From Octopus vulgaris (taxonomy: Eukaryota), in the NCBI GenBank assembly GCA_951406725.2, contig OX597830.1, forward strand, positions 28,830,001 through 28,894,000: a DNA stretch of 64,000 bases. The letters are read 5' to 3'. Below the pieces are notes generated by a model, which did not search any database, had not been told where the DNA came from, and saw only the letters and a list, made by a program, of their open reading frames with translations. Of the stretch, positions 30,266 to 43,663 are shown in pieces. Both the position numbers and the translations under genes were made by a program. The stretch's first letter is position 1; each line of letters begins with the position of its first letter.

Positions 30266-30410
30266 AGGCGTAACTGAATGGTAAGAAGCCTGCTTCTCAA
30301 CCGCAAGATTCCTCTGTATGGAAGCTTGCGCAAGGGCATTCTACTATGGCTTCGGGCCGACCAAAGACTTGAGAGTGGATTCGGTAGACTGAAATTGAAA
30401 GAAGCCTGTC

Positions 30411-30460
<50 letters not shown>

Positions 30461-30590
30461 GTGTGTGTGTCTGTCTTTGTGTTTGTGTTTGTTCATCCTC
30501 CCACACACACAATCACTTGACAACCGGTGTTGGTGTGTTTATGTCTCGATAACTTGGCAGTTCGGAAAAAGGGTCCATTAGAATAACAAC
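30266..30590 (+). mobile_element. diverged SINE family A
   Basis: cgggccgaccaaag..gagtggattcggtagac..cttgacaaccggtgttggtgtgttt. Confidence 0.8.
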
Positions 30591-30639
30591 AGAAATATAC
30601 TCACATGTACCCATAACCGTTTATCGATTTGTGTCCCTG

Positions 30640-31010
30640 CTGGGGCCCCATCTCGAACGCCTTTCGGTGAAAACACCGACCAAAGTACTTATACTGTCGG
30701 TCTATTTCCCGAAGAGCTAAGTTCCGGGAGACAATAACGAACACACGTACATACATACATACATACATACATACATACATACATACATACATACATACAT
30801 ACATACATACACATACATACATACATACTTACATACATATTAGCATGCAATACACACTTAAACGACGGTGTTTTTCAGTTGTCGTCGAGCCTTGTGCATT
30901 CACGACATTATGGTTGGCCCTGAGTATGGTAGAAGAGACATCACTAAGGTTCTACGCAGTGAGACATAATCCAGAACCATGACGTCAGGAAACATGTTTA
31001 CAACACGACC
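30640..31010 (-). mobile_element. highly diverged SINE family A
   Basis: aagtacttatactgtcgg, ttttcagtt and acgcagtgagac..aaccatg match family A in reverse. Confidence 0.5.
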
Positions 31011-31071
31011 ACGCATAGTTACATATATATTTATATACAAAGCAATTTTATTTAATATATATTGTATTCTC

Positions 31072-31105
<34 letters not shown>

Positions 31106-31173
31106 TGTATGTATGTATGTATGTATGTATGTATGTATGTATGTATGTATGCATCTCTCTATCTGGCTATATC

Positions 31174-31251
<78 letters not shown>

Positions 31252-31289
31252 ACTATCTATCTATCTATCTATCTATCTTTCTATCTATC

Positions 31290-31322
<33 letters not shown>

Positions 31323-31336
31323 ATCTATCTATCTAA

Positions 31337-31380
<44 letters not shown>

Positions 31381-32204
31381 TTATCTACACATAAATATAT
31401 CCGTACATACACGTGAGAAAGAGAGAGAGAGAGAGAGAGAGAGTGAGAGAGAGAGAGAGAGAGAGAGAAAAAGAGAGACAGAGAGAAAGTGAAAATGTAA
31501 GTCTAATTTGTTTTCATAATAATTTCTTTTCTGTATGCAACTCCATATTTCTTTCCTTAACAATACATTAAATATCTAGTTTCCAAACTATATTTAATTA
31601 TTAATTTTTAATCAAAACCAAACTCTTCCCATATGTATTTAAGTTAAAGATAATAAATATGGAAAATGGAATTTCTCATTTTATTCCATTTACAAATAAT
31701 CATTTCATTTTTTTTTTTATTGTATACAAGAACTAAATTACGCAGGGTTCTTTATGCTCGCGCAGAACATTCAAATTCGTTATTTCCCACAGATTACTTC
31801 GTCGATATGAAGATTAACTCATTATAATAATTGTCCTGTGTAAGATAATTATTTCTAAGATTGTTATACGTCATCATTTGTAGCAAGATACATAAAGAAA
31901 TGATGGAAAAGCTTTCCGTTTTGAATTACAAGGTTTTCCATATTTTAATATGGCATACATGTTTCATGGGATATATGTTCGTTACATAAGTAGGCAACAG
32001 AGCCCAGCATATTGCCATGTTATTTTCGTTGAAAGTGGAGCCTCAGTCGATACTATCAACTCCAGCAATTTACTGGTACTTTAAAACCCCAGAAATAAAA
32101 TAATGTTGTCGAAACGTGACATCAGTTTGTAGAGTGGGAAGAAATATCGCTCTAAGTACTCTTCCAGCTCGTTGCCATAGTAATAATTACTGCTATCTAC
32201 TCAA

Positions 32205-32440
32205 GGCCCGATTATTTTTTTCTTTTTGGCAGAGGGGTCTAGTCGATTACATCGACCCCAGTGCTCCCCTTTCATTGATTCCGAAAGAATGAAAGCAATG
32301 TCGACCCCGGCGTAATTTGAACTCAGTATGTAAAGACGAACAAAAAAAGCATAGAAGATTTTGTCTACTGCGCTAAAGATTTTGCCAACATGTCACCTTT
32401 TATCACTCTAATAATAATTCTTTCTATTATAGGCACAAGG
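32205..32440 (-). mobile_element. diverged SINE family B
   Basis: gtcgattacatcgaccccagtg..aatttgaactcag. Confidence 0.7.
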
Positions 32441-32520
32441 CCCAAGAATTTTGGACTAAGAGTGCTAGTCGATGACCTCACCCCTTGTACTCGACCGTCA
32501 ACATATGCCGCAATACAGAA

Positions 32521-33302
32521 GAAGGCGAGCTGGCAGAAACGTTTGCACACCGGGCAAAATCCTTAGCGGTATTTCGTCTGTCTTTACGTTCTGAGTTCAA
32601 ATTCCACCGAGGTCGACTTTGCCTTTCATCCTTCGGAGTCGATTAAATAAGTACCAGTTACGCACTGGGGTCGATATAATCGACTTAATCCGTTTGTCTG
32701 TCCTTGTTTGTACCCTCTGTATATAGCCCCTTGTGGGTAGTAAAGAAATAGGTATTTCGTTTGCCGTTACGTTCTGAGTTCAAATTCCGCCGAGGTCGAC
32801 TTTACCTTTCATCCTTTCGGGGTCGATAAATTAAGTACCAGTTACGCACTGGGGTCGATATAATCGACTTAATCCGTTTGTCGGTCCTTGTTTGTCCTCT
32901 CTGTATTTGGCCCCTTGTGGGTAGTAAAGAAATAAGTATTTCGTCTATCTTTACGTTCTGAGTTCCAATTCCGCCGAGGTCGACTTTACCTTTCATCCGT
33001 TCGGGGTCGATAAATTAAGTACCAGTTACGCACTGGGGTCGATATAATCGACTTAATCCGTTTGTCTGTCCTTGTTTGTCCTCTCTGTGTTTGGCCCCTT
33101 GTGGGTAGTAAAGAAATAAGTATTTCTTCTATCTTTACGTTCTGAGTTCCAATTCCGCCGAGGTCGACTTTACCTTTCATCTGTTCGGGGTCGATAAATT
33201 AAGAGCCAGTTACGCACTGGGGGTCGATGTAATCGACTTAATCTCTTTGTGTATCATTGTTTGTCTCCTATATGTTTAACCCTTTGTGGGCAATAAAGAA
33301 AT
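32521..33302 (+). mobile_element. SINE family B tandem array: one head plus four ~184-bp units
   Basis: Units restart at gtatttc near 32569, 32752, 32936 and 33120; ORF-track peptides repeat at a 184-bp offset. Confidence 0.92.
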
Positions 33303-34164
33303 AAAGAAATAAAAGATAAAGTCAACCTCGGAGAAATTTCGACTCGTAATGTAAAATAGGAAGAAATGGCATGAAAAATTATGTCCCGTTCTGCCAATAA
33401 TAAAAAAAAAACAATTGTTTCTGATTTAGGTACAAAGCCAGCAATTTTGAGATAAAGAGCAGTGACTGAATTCATCAATCCTAGTACATGACTGGCTTTT
33501 GAATTATAGAGCTGGGAGAGATGAAATGCACGGTTTGGTTTGACGAGATTTAGAAGGCAAAACAAGAGGACCGTCAACATATGCCGAAAATTTGGTACTG
33601 CATAGAAAGTTCTCTCAAATGTATAATTGACAGACTTGAACCGCCAAGAGTAGCCCAATTGTCTAAGGTGCAACAGGCAATTCTCGTAATTTTATCCTAG
33701 CAGCATGGTGTTATCAAGAATATATTAGCTTCTTAACACAAGAGCTTTGGAGATAAGTAAGAAACCATCAATTACATTGTCTCTTGATATCAAGAACTAA
33801 TGAAGAACGATATATCTACACGAACAACATCATAACGGGGTACAAACGTTGAAAAATATTCGGTGGGTAATTAGATCCAGCTAAATAAGAAGTGTTGCAA
33901 TCATCACGGCTAAACACTTTTAGTGGTTATAAGAGGATTATCATCATAAGGCAGGGGGCCATCAGAGTTGATAGTCAGATAATTGCAAAACAAACCTGAC
34001 AATGTTATCGGAGATTGAAAGTGCATAGTCTTTTATATAGCTATATCCACAATACGAAACATCTTCATTCGTTTCAGGAAAAAAAAATGAACGAATACAT
34101 GGAACTGAGATCAAAGTGCTCGAAGTGTCAAACAAATCTTCCTCAAAATAGCCCTGTCTACTAT

Positions 34165-34366
34165 AGGTACAAGGGCTGAGACTTTGGCTGAGGAGATAGT
34201 CGATTACGTTGATCCTAGTGTTCAACTAGTACTTATTTTATGGGCCCCGAAAGGATGAAAAGCAAAGTCGACGTCGCTGGAATTTGAACTCAGAATGTAC
34301 GACAGGCCAAATTGCCGCTAAGTATTTTCCCCGGCGTGCTAACGTCTCTACCAGCTCACCGCCTTA
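34165..34366 (-). mobile_element. SINE family B
   Basis: ccccgaaaggatgaaaagcaaagtcgac..gctaacgtctctaccagctcaccgcctt. Confidence 0.85.
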
Positions 34367-34453
34367 ATAACATCAATCTTGTTGGAATTATTCAGAAAAA
34401 CGAAAATGTGTCCTATAACTTATGTGGAGCATTAGAGACAAGTGGGTGAAAAA

Positions 34454-34488
<35 letters not shown>

Positions 34489-35525
34489 ATTAAATTAATA
34501 AAGATAGATGTAAAAAGCCGCTCTTCTTGGTGTTGCTGATGTTTCAGTAATTATGGAGTAGACACATGATCGTAGTTGTTGCAAATAACCATTACGTAGC
34601 CAAACACATCTCTGTAGTTAGACGTTCTTTGCAGTAACTTCGGTACGTCATATCAACCCTAGACCGGAGACAGCAAATACCTACTGCTTGAATTTGGTTG
34701 CCGGAAACTTCTAACATTTCTCGTATATAAACATACATAACAAATAGACAGATAGACTGACAGGCAGAAAAATAGATATTCAAAAACTTTTCTTCACATG
34801 CTAAGGACATAGCTGGTCAAAATTAATTCCAATGTAGAAAGAGAAGAAAATACATTCATACGTGCTTACTTGTATGCATAGGCAATATGTGAGCATGTGC
34901 ATATCTGTGAGTGATTACAGACACACACGCACACGCGCACATACACACACACACATAGATTGTAGAGGAGACCACTGCAAATTGATATTGTGATATGCCT
35001 AGTGAAACCCGAACCCCAACCCCAGATAGTTTTACTTCTGCCGATCTAATTACAGAATAAGTTTGTTCAACAGATTGTAACCGTGAATAGTCAGTAGGGG
35101 CCCTAAATAAGTGCTTCCGGTTATGACTAACTAATCCAGGCTGGGAGAGGCAAATGCTGTTGTAAGTTTTAGAAGTAAGAAGAGAAGGGTCGTTGGCCAC
35201 AATTAAGCCCTTTCTTGTTTTTTTTTTTTATTCCTTTATCACTACATGTTTCCGCTTGTTTTCTTCAAACAAGGCAGGAACGACTCAAATTTGTCATGTC
35301 GTCTGTGTGGAAAACTTTGTAAAGCTTTTGCTGGCCTAAATAGTCGTTACCAGTAAACGCTTTATATTTATTTTCTAAACTGAAAATATTTAATTCCAAA
35401 ATATTTAACTGTCGTGTGTGTGTGTATATATATATAATCATATCGAAGGGAACTGGAAATTAATAGAAATTTTCTCTTCCAGCGACTAGCGTGTAAAAAT
35501 TTAGTCCAAAGACTATGTATTGCTC

Positions 35526-35681
35526 ATAAAATACAGTGTACATTAAAACACATAAAGAATATACTGGTGGGATTCAACACGCTAGAAAGAACAGCTAGGT
35601 TCTATAACCTAGCGGTTGTTTCTAGCGTGTTGAATCTCACGAGTGGATTCCTTATGTGTTTTAATGTACGCTGTATTCTAT
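35526..35681. repeat. fold-back palindrome, ~76-bp arms, 4-nt loop
   Basis: 35526-35601 is the reverse complement of 35606-35681 with about nine mismatches; right end runs into (TA)n. Confidence 0.92.
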
Positions 35682-35733
35682 ATATATATAATATATATTT
35701 ATGTGTGTGTGTGTTTGTGTGTGTGTTGTGTGC

Positions 35734-35765
<32 letters not shown>

Positions 35766-35779
35766 ATGTATATATGTTT

Positions 35780-35975
35780 GTGTGTCTGTGTCTGTAACTC
35801 CACCATCGCTTAACAACCGATGTTGGTATGTTTGCGTCCCCGCAACTTAGCGGTTCGGCAAAAGATAGCTGCCTAGCAAAAATAGCTCCTGGGGTCGATT
35901 CGATTTGTTTGACAAAAAGCGGTAATCCAGCAAGGACGCAGTCAAACGACTGAAACAAATAAAAAATAACATAAA
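35780..35975 (+). mobile_element. SINE family A, 3' half
   Basis: catcgcttaacaaccgatgttgg..cttagcggttcggcaaaag..gactgaaacaa. Confidence 0.8.
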
Positions 35976-36044
35976 AGAATATATATATGTATATATGGGT
36001 ATGCATATATATATGTATATATATATATGTATATATAAATATAT

Positions 36045-36124
<80 letters not shown>

Positions 36125-36471
36125 CGTACACATACATGCACGCGCACACACACACTCATTTATATATACATATATATATATATATCGTTCCTCACCCTTT
36201 CGGTAGCAGTGAAGATGTAAGCCGAAATGATCGTAGTGCTAATAAATCTTTCTGTACCCTCTGTCTTCCCTATCAATTATTTAAAATATAATAAACGTGC
36301 ACCGAAGAATTCTTTACGTAGATCCTGCGACTAAATTGCTGTGCCGCAGATGACGACTGCTAGCTGTAAGTGGTGTACGTGATTTCAAGACACACAACTA
36401 GGGACATACACAAAAGAAGGTGTGGATACTAAACTTTAGAGTTTCCTATGAAAACTTTAATATTAAACATA

Positions 36472-36517
<46 letters not shown>

Positions 36518-37134
36518 GTATATGTATGTATACATACACACACACACACATATGTTTATATTCAATTATAGGATCACGTTATCAAATTCACCAAATTATT
36601 CACTTTTCTGAGATATTATAAGTATATGTAGAATAGCGGATTTGGTCCTTGTCTTTCGACGGTCTACGGTGGGCGGGGTGTCATTCACATATTGAATTAT
36701 ATTCACACCAATCACTTCATTAGAATCCTTGTACAGATTGAACTCAATTAAAAGTAGCCAAGGGCAAATGTTGATGTTAAGAAGGGTGTCTAAGTGCATA
36801 TAGACATATGAAATAACTGCAGTGTGCTACAATTCAATTATACTTCATTTATGCCAGATTAATGAAGGGAAAATCTATAGAAGCTCTTAATAGATTTTTG
36901 AACAGAGGAAGCAGTAGTTGAGTTTGTATAAGAGAGAAACATGCCGTGAGTTGTGACGCTTGATAAATCACTGTTGCACGCACACACGAGCACATAAAAA
37001 TCCGCGCCCAAAGATATTTGTGCTCTGCGAATAGGAGTCAATACGACAGTATAGTTAACACAAAAATGCATGAGTTAGAAGTTAACAATATTATAGAATG
37101 TCCCAAGATTTAATTTGCATCACAGAATTGATTC

Positions 37135-37290
37135 ACATTTTGGTACAAGGATAGCAATTTCGAGCGGGGAGGCGAAGCAGTTGTATCGACCCAGACGCTC
37201 GTCAGGTATTTATTTATATTACAGAACTCAAAAGTATGATAGCCAAAGTCACAATTTGGCAGAATTTGAACTCAGAATGCAAAGACCGAT
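37135..37290 (-). mobile_element. degenerate SINE family B fragment
   Basis: caaagtcacaatttggcagaatttgaactcagaa. Confidence 0.55.
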
Positions 37291-37312
37291 GGAAGACTCC
37301 TATAACAATAGC

Positions 37313-37383
<71 letters not shown>

Positions 37384-37466
37384 TAATAATAATAATAGTA
37401 ATAATGATAATAATAACACAAACAATAAGAATAAATGCAAGAAGAGTTTATCTATCTATGTACCTA

Positions 37467-37587
<121 letters not shown>

Positions 37588-38330
37588 ATATGTTTATATA
37601 TGTACATATATGTGTGTGTATGTATGCATGTATGGTTATATGAATGTGGCTATGCATCTATATTATATGTATGTAGGTGTGTGTGTGTGAGTGTGCGTGT
37701 CTGTCTGTTTAATACTAAGCAAACACATAAAACCCAAATAAAACGTACAACTATAACAGAGGAAAAGGACATAATCGTTAAAAATAATGGAGATATCAAA
37801 TAAAGAAGAAAAACAAAGTATGGAAGACAGAAAGACAAATAATGAACAGATTAGCAAACAGGTGAAAACATGTAGGTAATACACATACATACAGATATAT
37901 CAAAATACACACAAAAAAAAACAAAAAAACATGCAATGATAACGTATAGACAGATAGAGGTACAAAGCAGAGAAAGCAACTGCACAAACGCATGTAATTG
38001 TATATAAATGCACATACACATGCACATATGCACAGATACACATACGACCAAAGTTCGAGAGGGAGGCGAAAAACAGTGTAAGGAATGGAATCGCATGAAA
38101 TATTAGTTCCTTTAACAAGCTCGCCAGAATAAATGCTAAACAATAATATATTATACACGGCAATTATGTGACAGAAAAATTGTGATTTGTATGTAATTAG
38201 GGTATATAATATAATATATGTTATAAATACACCTCCATAACTTCCCCAAACCTACTCACTGATATGCGTGTGTGTGTGTCTGTGTGTCTTTATATATGTG
38301 TGTGTGTATATAAGCACACACATATATATA

Positions 38331-38364
<34 letters not shown>

Positions 38365-39040
38365 CATATATATACATAAACACACACACACACACACACA
38401 TACCTACACACACATATATATGCATATATACCTACGTACATACATACATATAAATATGTTGAATCATAATTATATGCTAGCCATTGTATCTAGTGTGCAG
38501 AAAAGCACAAGATTTGGAAGATGTATGTTTATACATAAGACATCTATTATGGGTGAATGTATGTTGGTGTATGCGTGCGTGTAAGAGAGAGGGGGGAGAG
38601 GGGGAGAGAGTGTGCGTGTGTGTGCTTTTGAACCTGTGTTCTTGTGTGTGTGTGTGTGTATGGGTATCTATGTGTGCGCTTGTTCGAAATTTATTTCCTT
38701 GATTTATCTTTTTAAATTTTGCAAACCATATCATGTTCCGAAATTTTCACGCGTGCATACACACAAACAGTGACATACATGCAATCACACATGCATACAC
38801 ACACGCACACACATATACACATACATATATATATATATACATCTGTTTATATATATATACACACATCTATCTATATATATATATTCACACACACATATAT
38901 ACATATATACATACATACACCTTTATAGGTACAAATGAATATGTATCTCTCTCCTTTATCTGTCTATGTACATTAATATATACATAAATAAACACAGATA
39001 GATTTATGTGTAGATATATACATATGCATATATATATACA

Positions 39041-39219
39041 CTTTATTTAAAAGCAGCAGAAATATATCAAAAGCTGTTACTCAGAGTTTCACGTTTCCGT
39101 TCGTCAGATAGTTTTTTTTCTAACAAAACCGTCCGACTTTTAAATAAAGCATATTACTCTACCTCTGGTATTCGAGTACTGTTTTATTCCACCTTGTTTC
39201 ACATTTATGTGCTTACTCC

Positions 39220-39291
<72 letters not shown>

Positions 39292-39373
39292 TATACCGGA
39301 GTAAGCACATAAATGTGAAACAAGGTGGAATAAAACAGTACTCGAATACCAGAGGTAGAGTAATATGCTTTAT
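39041..39373. mobile_element. Penelope-like repeat (family H2) with a perfect 78-bp inverted repeat around (TA)n
   Basis: 39144-39221 is the exact reverse complement of 39296-39373; homologous to 19041-19203. Confidence 0.8.
39074..39111 (-). ncRNA. type-I hammerhead ribozyme motif (family H2), core intact
   Basis: Minus strand reads cuau-CUGACGA-acg(gaaa)cgu-GAAA-cucugag-UA-acag: GAAA-tetraloop stem II, quasi-palindromic stem III, GUA cleavage triplet, one mismatch in stem I. Confidence 0.75.
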
Positions 39374-39405
39374 GTATATCTATATCTATATATATCTCTC
39401 TCGCC

Positions 39406-39470
<65 letters not shown>

Positions 39471-40608
39471 TACACACTCTCATTTATTTTATTTAGACGG
39501 TCTGTGAATAGTTTATAAAAAAATATATACATCCATGTACATCGCACATATTCATACATGCATATACATAACTACATACATTCATAATCTGGTTCATTTA
39601 CAATCATACCGTGTTTTAACGTGTTGGACTGTTAAGGCTGTTGGTGTATAAAAACGATACAAAGAAACGCAGATAAAGGGGGGGGAGAAAATAGAACGAG
39701 TGAAGGAGAGAACGAGAGAAATAGAGGGAGAGTGAGTTGGAAAAAAAAAGAGAGAACAAAAAAATAGAGAGGACGAAAGAGAAAGTGAAAGAGATGAAGA
39801 ATGAAAGAATGAAGACGATCAATAATAAAGCAAGGCAGAGTCAGAGATCATCTCAGCAGAGTTTGCTTGAAATCTATATATTGCCAGTGAAGACTAGGCA
39901 TCCGACACTTAATTACAAAACACTTCATTCTCGGCAGATTCTATCTCGGTATACCAACCTATACGTCAAGTTCACTACGATTTAGCTGTTTGCTTTTTTT
40001 TTTCATTTTTGCATCGCTCTCCCTCCCAATCTCTCTCTCTCTCTCTCACTCTGTTTCTCTTTCTCGCTCTCTCTTTCTATCTCTCTCTGTATGTGTGATG
40101 TATATTTGTTTGAGAGTGTAGTGTCCCTCTGATTCAAAGGCGTTCTTATTATCTCATGCTCAATCATTTATTGAACTATCTATTTCTCTTACTGGCACTC
40201 ACTAAAACCTATATACATACATGCATACATACACATATTCCTGTGTATGCCTCTCTCTCTCTCTCTCTCACTTTCTCTCTCTCTCTCTCTCACTCACTTT
40301 CTCTTTCTCATTCTAGCCTTCTTTATTTCATTCTCTCTCCTTCTCGCACTCTCTCCCTTTCTTTGTTATTCCAATTTTACTACATAAAAACCATTTCGGT
40401 CTTGTTTCCTATGCAAATACGCCAGCATCACCGCTACCAGTATCTCAGTTTGTCAATGATTCTCATTTCATCCGAAGGTTTTTGTTTTTGCACATATACG
40501 CATACATACATACATGCATACATGCTTACTGGCACACATGCATACATACATATATATATATATATGTGTATATATGTATCCATATATACATATATATACA
40601 TATGTATG

Positions 40609-40659
<51 letters not shown>

Positions 40660-40757
40660 TCATATAAATAATATATATCAATTATTCATCTAAATATTTA
40701 CCAATATCTATCTCCGCACAGATATTTATCTAGCCAGGATTACACACACATATGAAT

Positions 40758-40791
<34 letters not shown>

Positions 40792-41431
40792 GTACACAAA
40801 CCGCACGTACGCATTTTCAGCAATACATTATCTCTGTGGCTATCTTTTTTCCTCTATCCATAACAATATATCCATTTATTGACCAATATTGTATGTGTGC
40901 GTGTGTGTGAGTGTGTGTGTGTATGTGTGTGTGTGTGGGAACATGTCGCTCAACCTACTTGAAAAAGGATCAACAACTCTACACCACCATGTCCAAATCG
41001 CAATATAGATTTCAAATCTCTTGTAAGAAATACAGTATGTTTGAAGAAAACACGGAATGGTCACGGGTCGAAAACCTTTGATCACAAATCTTATCGATCA
41101 AGACTGAAACCTGGTGGAAAAAAAAAACACACCATGAGTCAATAAAACCGCTCAAAACAATATCTATTTCTCTATCTATAAATCTCTATATATCTCGATT
41201 GCCTCCGTTAGCTTTATACAGATGCATGGAAGTGTCATCCCGGACTAAGGTAAGGTATATCGAGCGTTATTATTTCTCCAAAGCGGACGCTCGATGGTTT
41301 GCATGATGTGCAGCAGACAATCAGCTGGATTAGGAAGACAGAATGTCACAGCGTTGAACGGTTTTGCAAGTAGACGATTGTATAGTGAAAGTGAAAGTAT
41401 ATTTTACGGTATAAGGAACATGTACTTGAAA

Positions 41432-41773
41432 ATGGCACCTTGGGGCATGTGTCTTCTACTATAGCCTCGGGCCGACCAAAGCCTTGTGAGTGGATTTGAT
41501 AGACGGAAAGTGAAAGAAGCCCGTCGTATATATATATGTATTTATGTCTGTGTATATGTTTGTGTGTCTGTGTTTGTCACCCCAACATCACTTGACAACT
41601 GATGCTGGTGTACTTACGTCCCCCGTAACTTAGCGGTTCAGCAAAAGACAACCGATGGAATAAGTACTAGTCTTACAAAAATAAGTACTGGGGTCGATTT
41701 GCTCGACAAAATGCGGTGCTCCAGCATGACCACAATCAAATGACTGAAACAAGTAACAGAGTAAAAGAGTAAA
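41432..41773 (+). mobile_element. 5'-truncated SINE family A
   Basis: tggcaccttggggcatgtgtcttc through aaaagagtaaaa. Confidence 0.9.
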
Positions 41774-41867
41774 ATTAATCAATTAAACAGGATATTACTC
41801 TACGCAAGAATACGTGTGTTCTCTGATTATACGTATGCACACACATGCGCGCGCGCGCACATATATA

Positions 41868-42297
41868 TTGGGTTTTTCGTACAGTTCGTGCCGATTTATA
41901 GTAGCTTACCTTTCGCTTGTTTTTCGAACAAGGTTGAATCCATAAAATAGGGTTTAACTACATCTCCATTTACAGCACAGTTTAAGCCATCTTTTCATGG
42001 AAGAAGATTTATGTTCCTATAATCTGTGTTAATTCTGTAACCCTTTAAAATGGAAGATAACAAAGTTCATTTTCGGCACTTGATGCTTTGGGAACCAGCT
42101 CGGCTGGGATGTGTTACACCACCCTCCATATTCATCAGATATTGCTCCTTCGGATTTCCACTTATTCCGGTTTCTGCAGAATAGTCTTAATGGTAAAAAT
42201 TTCAATTCCTTGGATGACATAAAAAAATACCTTGATGTATTCTTTGCCATGAAACCACCTCAATTCTGGGAAGAGGGTATTTTCAAGTTAAAGGAAA
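41868..42297 (+). mobile_element. mariner element, 3'-truncated duplicate
   Basis: Left TIR TTGGGTT..TTCGTGCCGATTT and HPPYSSDIAPSDFHLF; cut at the duplication junction. Confidence 0.9.
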
Positions 42298-42612
42298 CTA
42301 AAGCCTCGGGCCGACCAAAGCCTTGTGAGTGGATTTGATAGACGGAAAGTGAAAGAAGCCCGTCGTATATATATATGTATTTATGTCTGTGTATATGTTT
42401 GTGTGTCTGTGTTTGTCACCCCAACATCACTTGACAACTGATGCTGGTGTACTTACGTCCCCCGTAACTTAGCGGTTCAGCAAAAGACAACCGATGGAAT
42501 AAGTACTAGTCTTACAAAAAATAAGTACTGGGGTCGATTTGCTCGACAAAATGCGGTGCTCCAGCATGACCACAATCAAATGACTGAAACAAGTAACAGA
42601 GTAAAAGAGTAA
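42298..42612 (+). mobile_element. SINE family A (duplicated copy)
   Basis: Near-identical to 41459-41773. Confidence 0.9.
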
Positions 42613-42706
42613 AATTAATCAATTAAACAGGATATTACTCTACGCAAGAATACGTTGTTCTCTGATTATACGTATGCACACACATGCGCGCGCGCGCACA
42701 TATATA

Positions 42707-43245
42707 TTGGGTTTTTCGTACAGTTCGTGCCGATTTATAGTAGCTTACCTTTCGCTTGTTTTTCGAACAAGGTTGAATCCATAAAATAGGGTTTAACTAC
42801 ATCTCCATTTACAGCACAGTTTAAGCCATCTTTTCATGGAAGAAGATTTATGTTCCTATAATCTGTGTTAATTCTGTAACCCTTTAAAATGGAAGATAAC
42901 AAAGTTCATTTTCGGCACTTGATGCTTTGGGAACCAGCTCGGCTGGGATGTGTTACACCACCCTCCATATTCATCAGATATTGCTCCTTCGGATTTCCAC
43001 TTATTCCGGTTTCTGCAGAATAGTCTTAATGGTAAAAATTTCAATTCCTTGGATGACATAAAAAAATACCTTGATGTATTCTTTGCCATGAAACCACCTC
43101 AATTCTGGGAAGAGGGTATTTTCAAGTTAAAGGAAAGATGGAGACGCATCGTGGAACAAAATGGTTCATAATTGGTTGATTAAAAATGGATTCATTGACC
43201 TTTTTCATACCCATAAAAATCGGTACGAACTTTCCGGACAACCCA

Positions 43246-43246
<1 letters not shown>
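42707..43246 (+). mobile_element. internally deleted mariner (Tc1/mariner) element, 540 bp
   Basis: Imperfect TIRs ttgggtttttcgtacagttcgtgccgattt / aaatcggtacgaactttccggacaacccaa, TA on both flanks; N-terminus MEDNKVHFRHLMLW fused to C-terminus LGWDVLHHPPYSSDIAPSDFHLF..RWRRIVEQNG (YSPDLAPSD-type motif). Confidence 0.93.
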
Positions 43247-43277
<31 letters not shown>

Positions 43278-43339
43278 ATACTGGTAAGTGTTCGGCACAG
43301 ACGATTTGTTTCTAATGATTTAATCTTTGTGATATGAGT

Positions 43340-43500
43340 TAGCACGCTGTGCAACACGTCAGATGTCAAAGTGATCGCCGAGTAATGTGAAATGAACTGC
43401 TTTGCTCAAGAACGTTACATGACGGTCGTTTCGACAGTCAAAACCACAGTCTTGCTATTGTAAGTGCCACATCCTCTACACGAGGCACGCGCCTTCCCAT
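43340..43500 (-). mobile_element. degenerate SINE family D-like fragment
   Basis: atgtgaaatgaactgctttgctcaagaac..gcacgcgccttc. Confidence 0.5.
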
Positions 43501-43663
43501 AATTAGATGGAAAGATAGATAGATAGATAGATAGATTTGTAGATATGTGTGTATATGTGTGTGAGTGTGGGGGTGGGGCTGAGATTGTGCATGTGTCGTT
43601 GTGTTTGTGCCTATACAATTATACATGTATATATTACAAAAAAAAAAACACGTTATTTATATA

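Larger units (their letters stand above)
41458..43136 (+). repeat. 839-bp near-identical tandem duplication
   Basis: 41458-42297 recurs at 42297-43136; identical ORFs at an 839-bp offset; only a few single-base differences seen. Confidence 0.95.

Noticed and set aside
32521-33302. CRISPR-like periodicity
   Set aside because: Whole units repeat without unique spacers; eukaryotic SINE array, no cas genes
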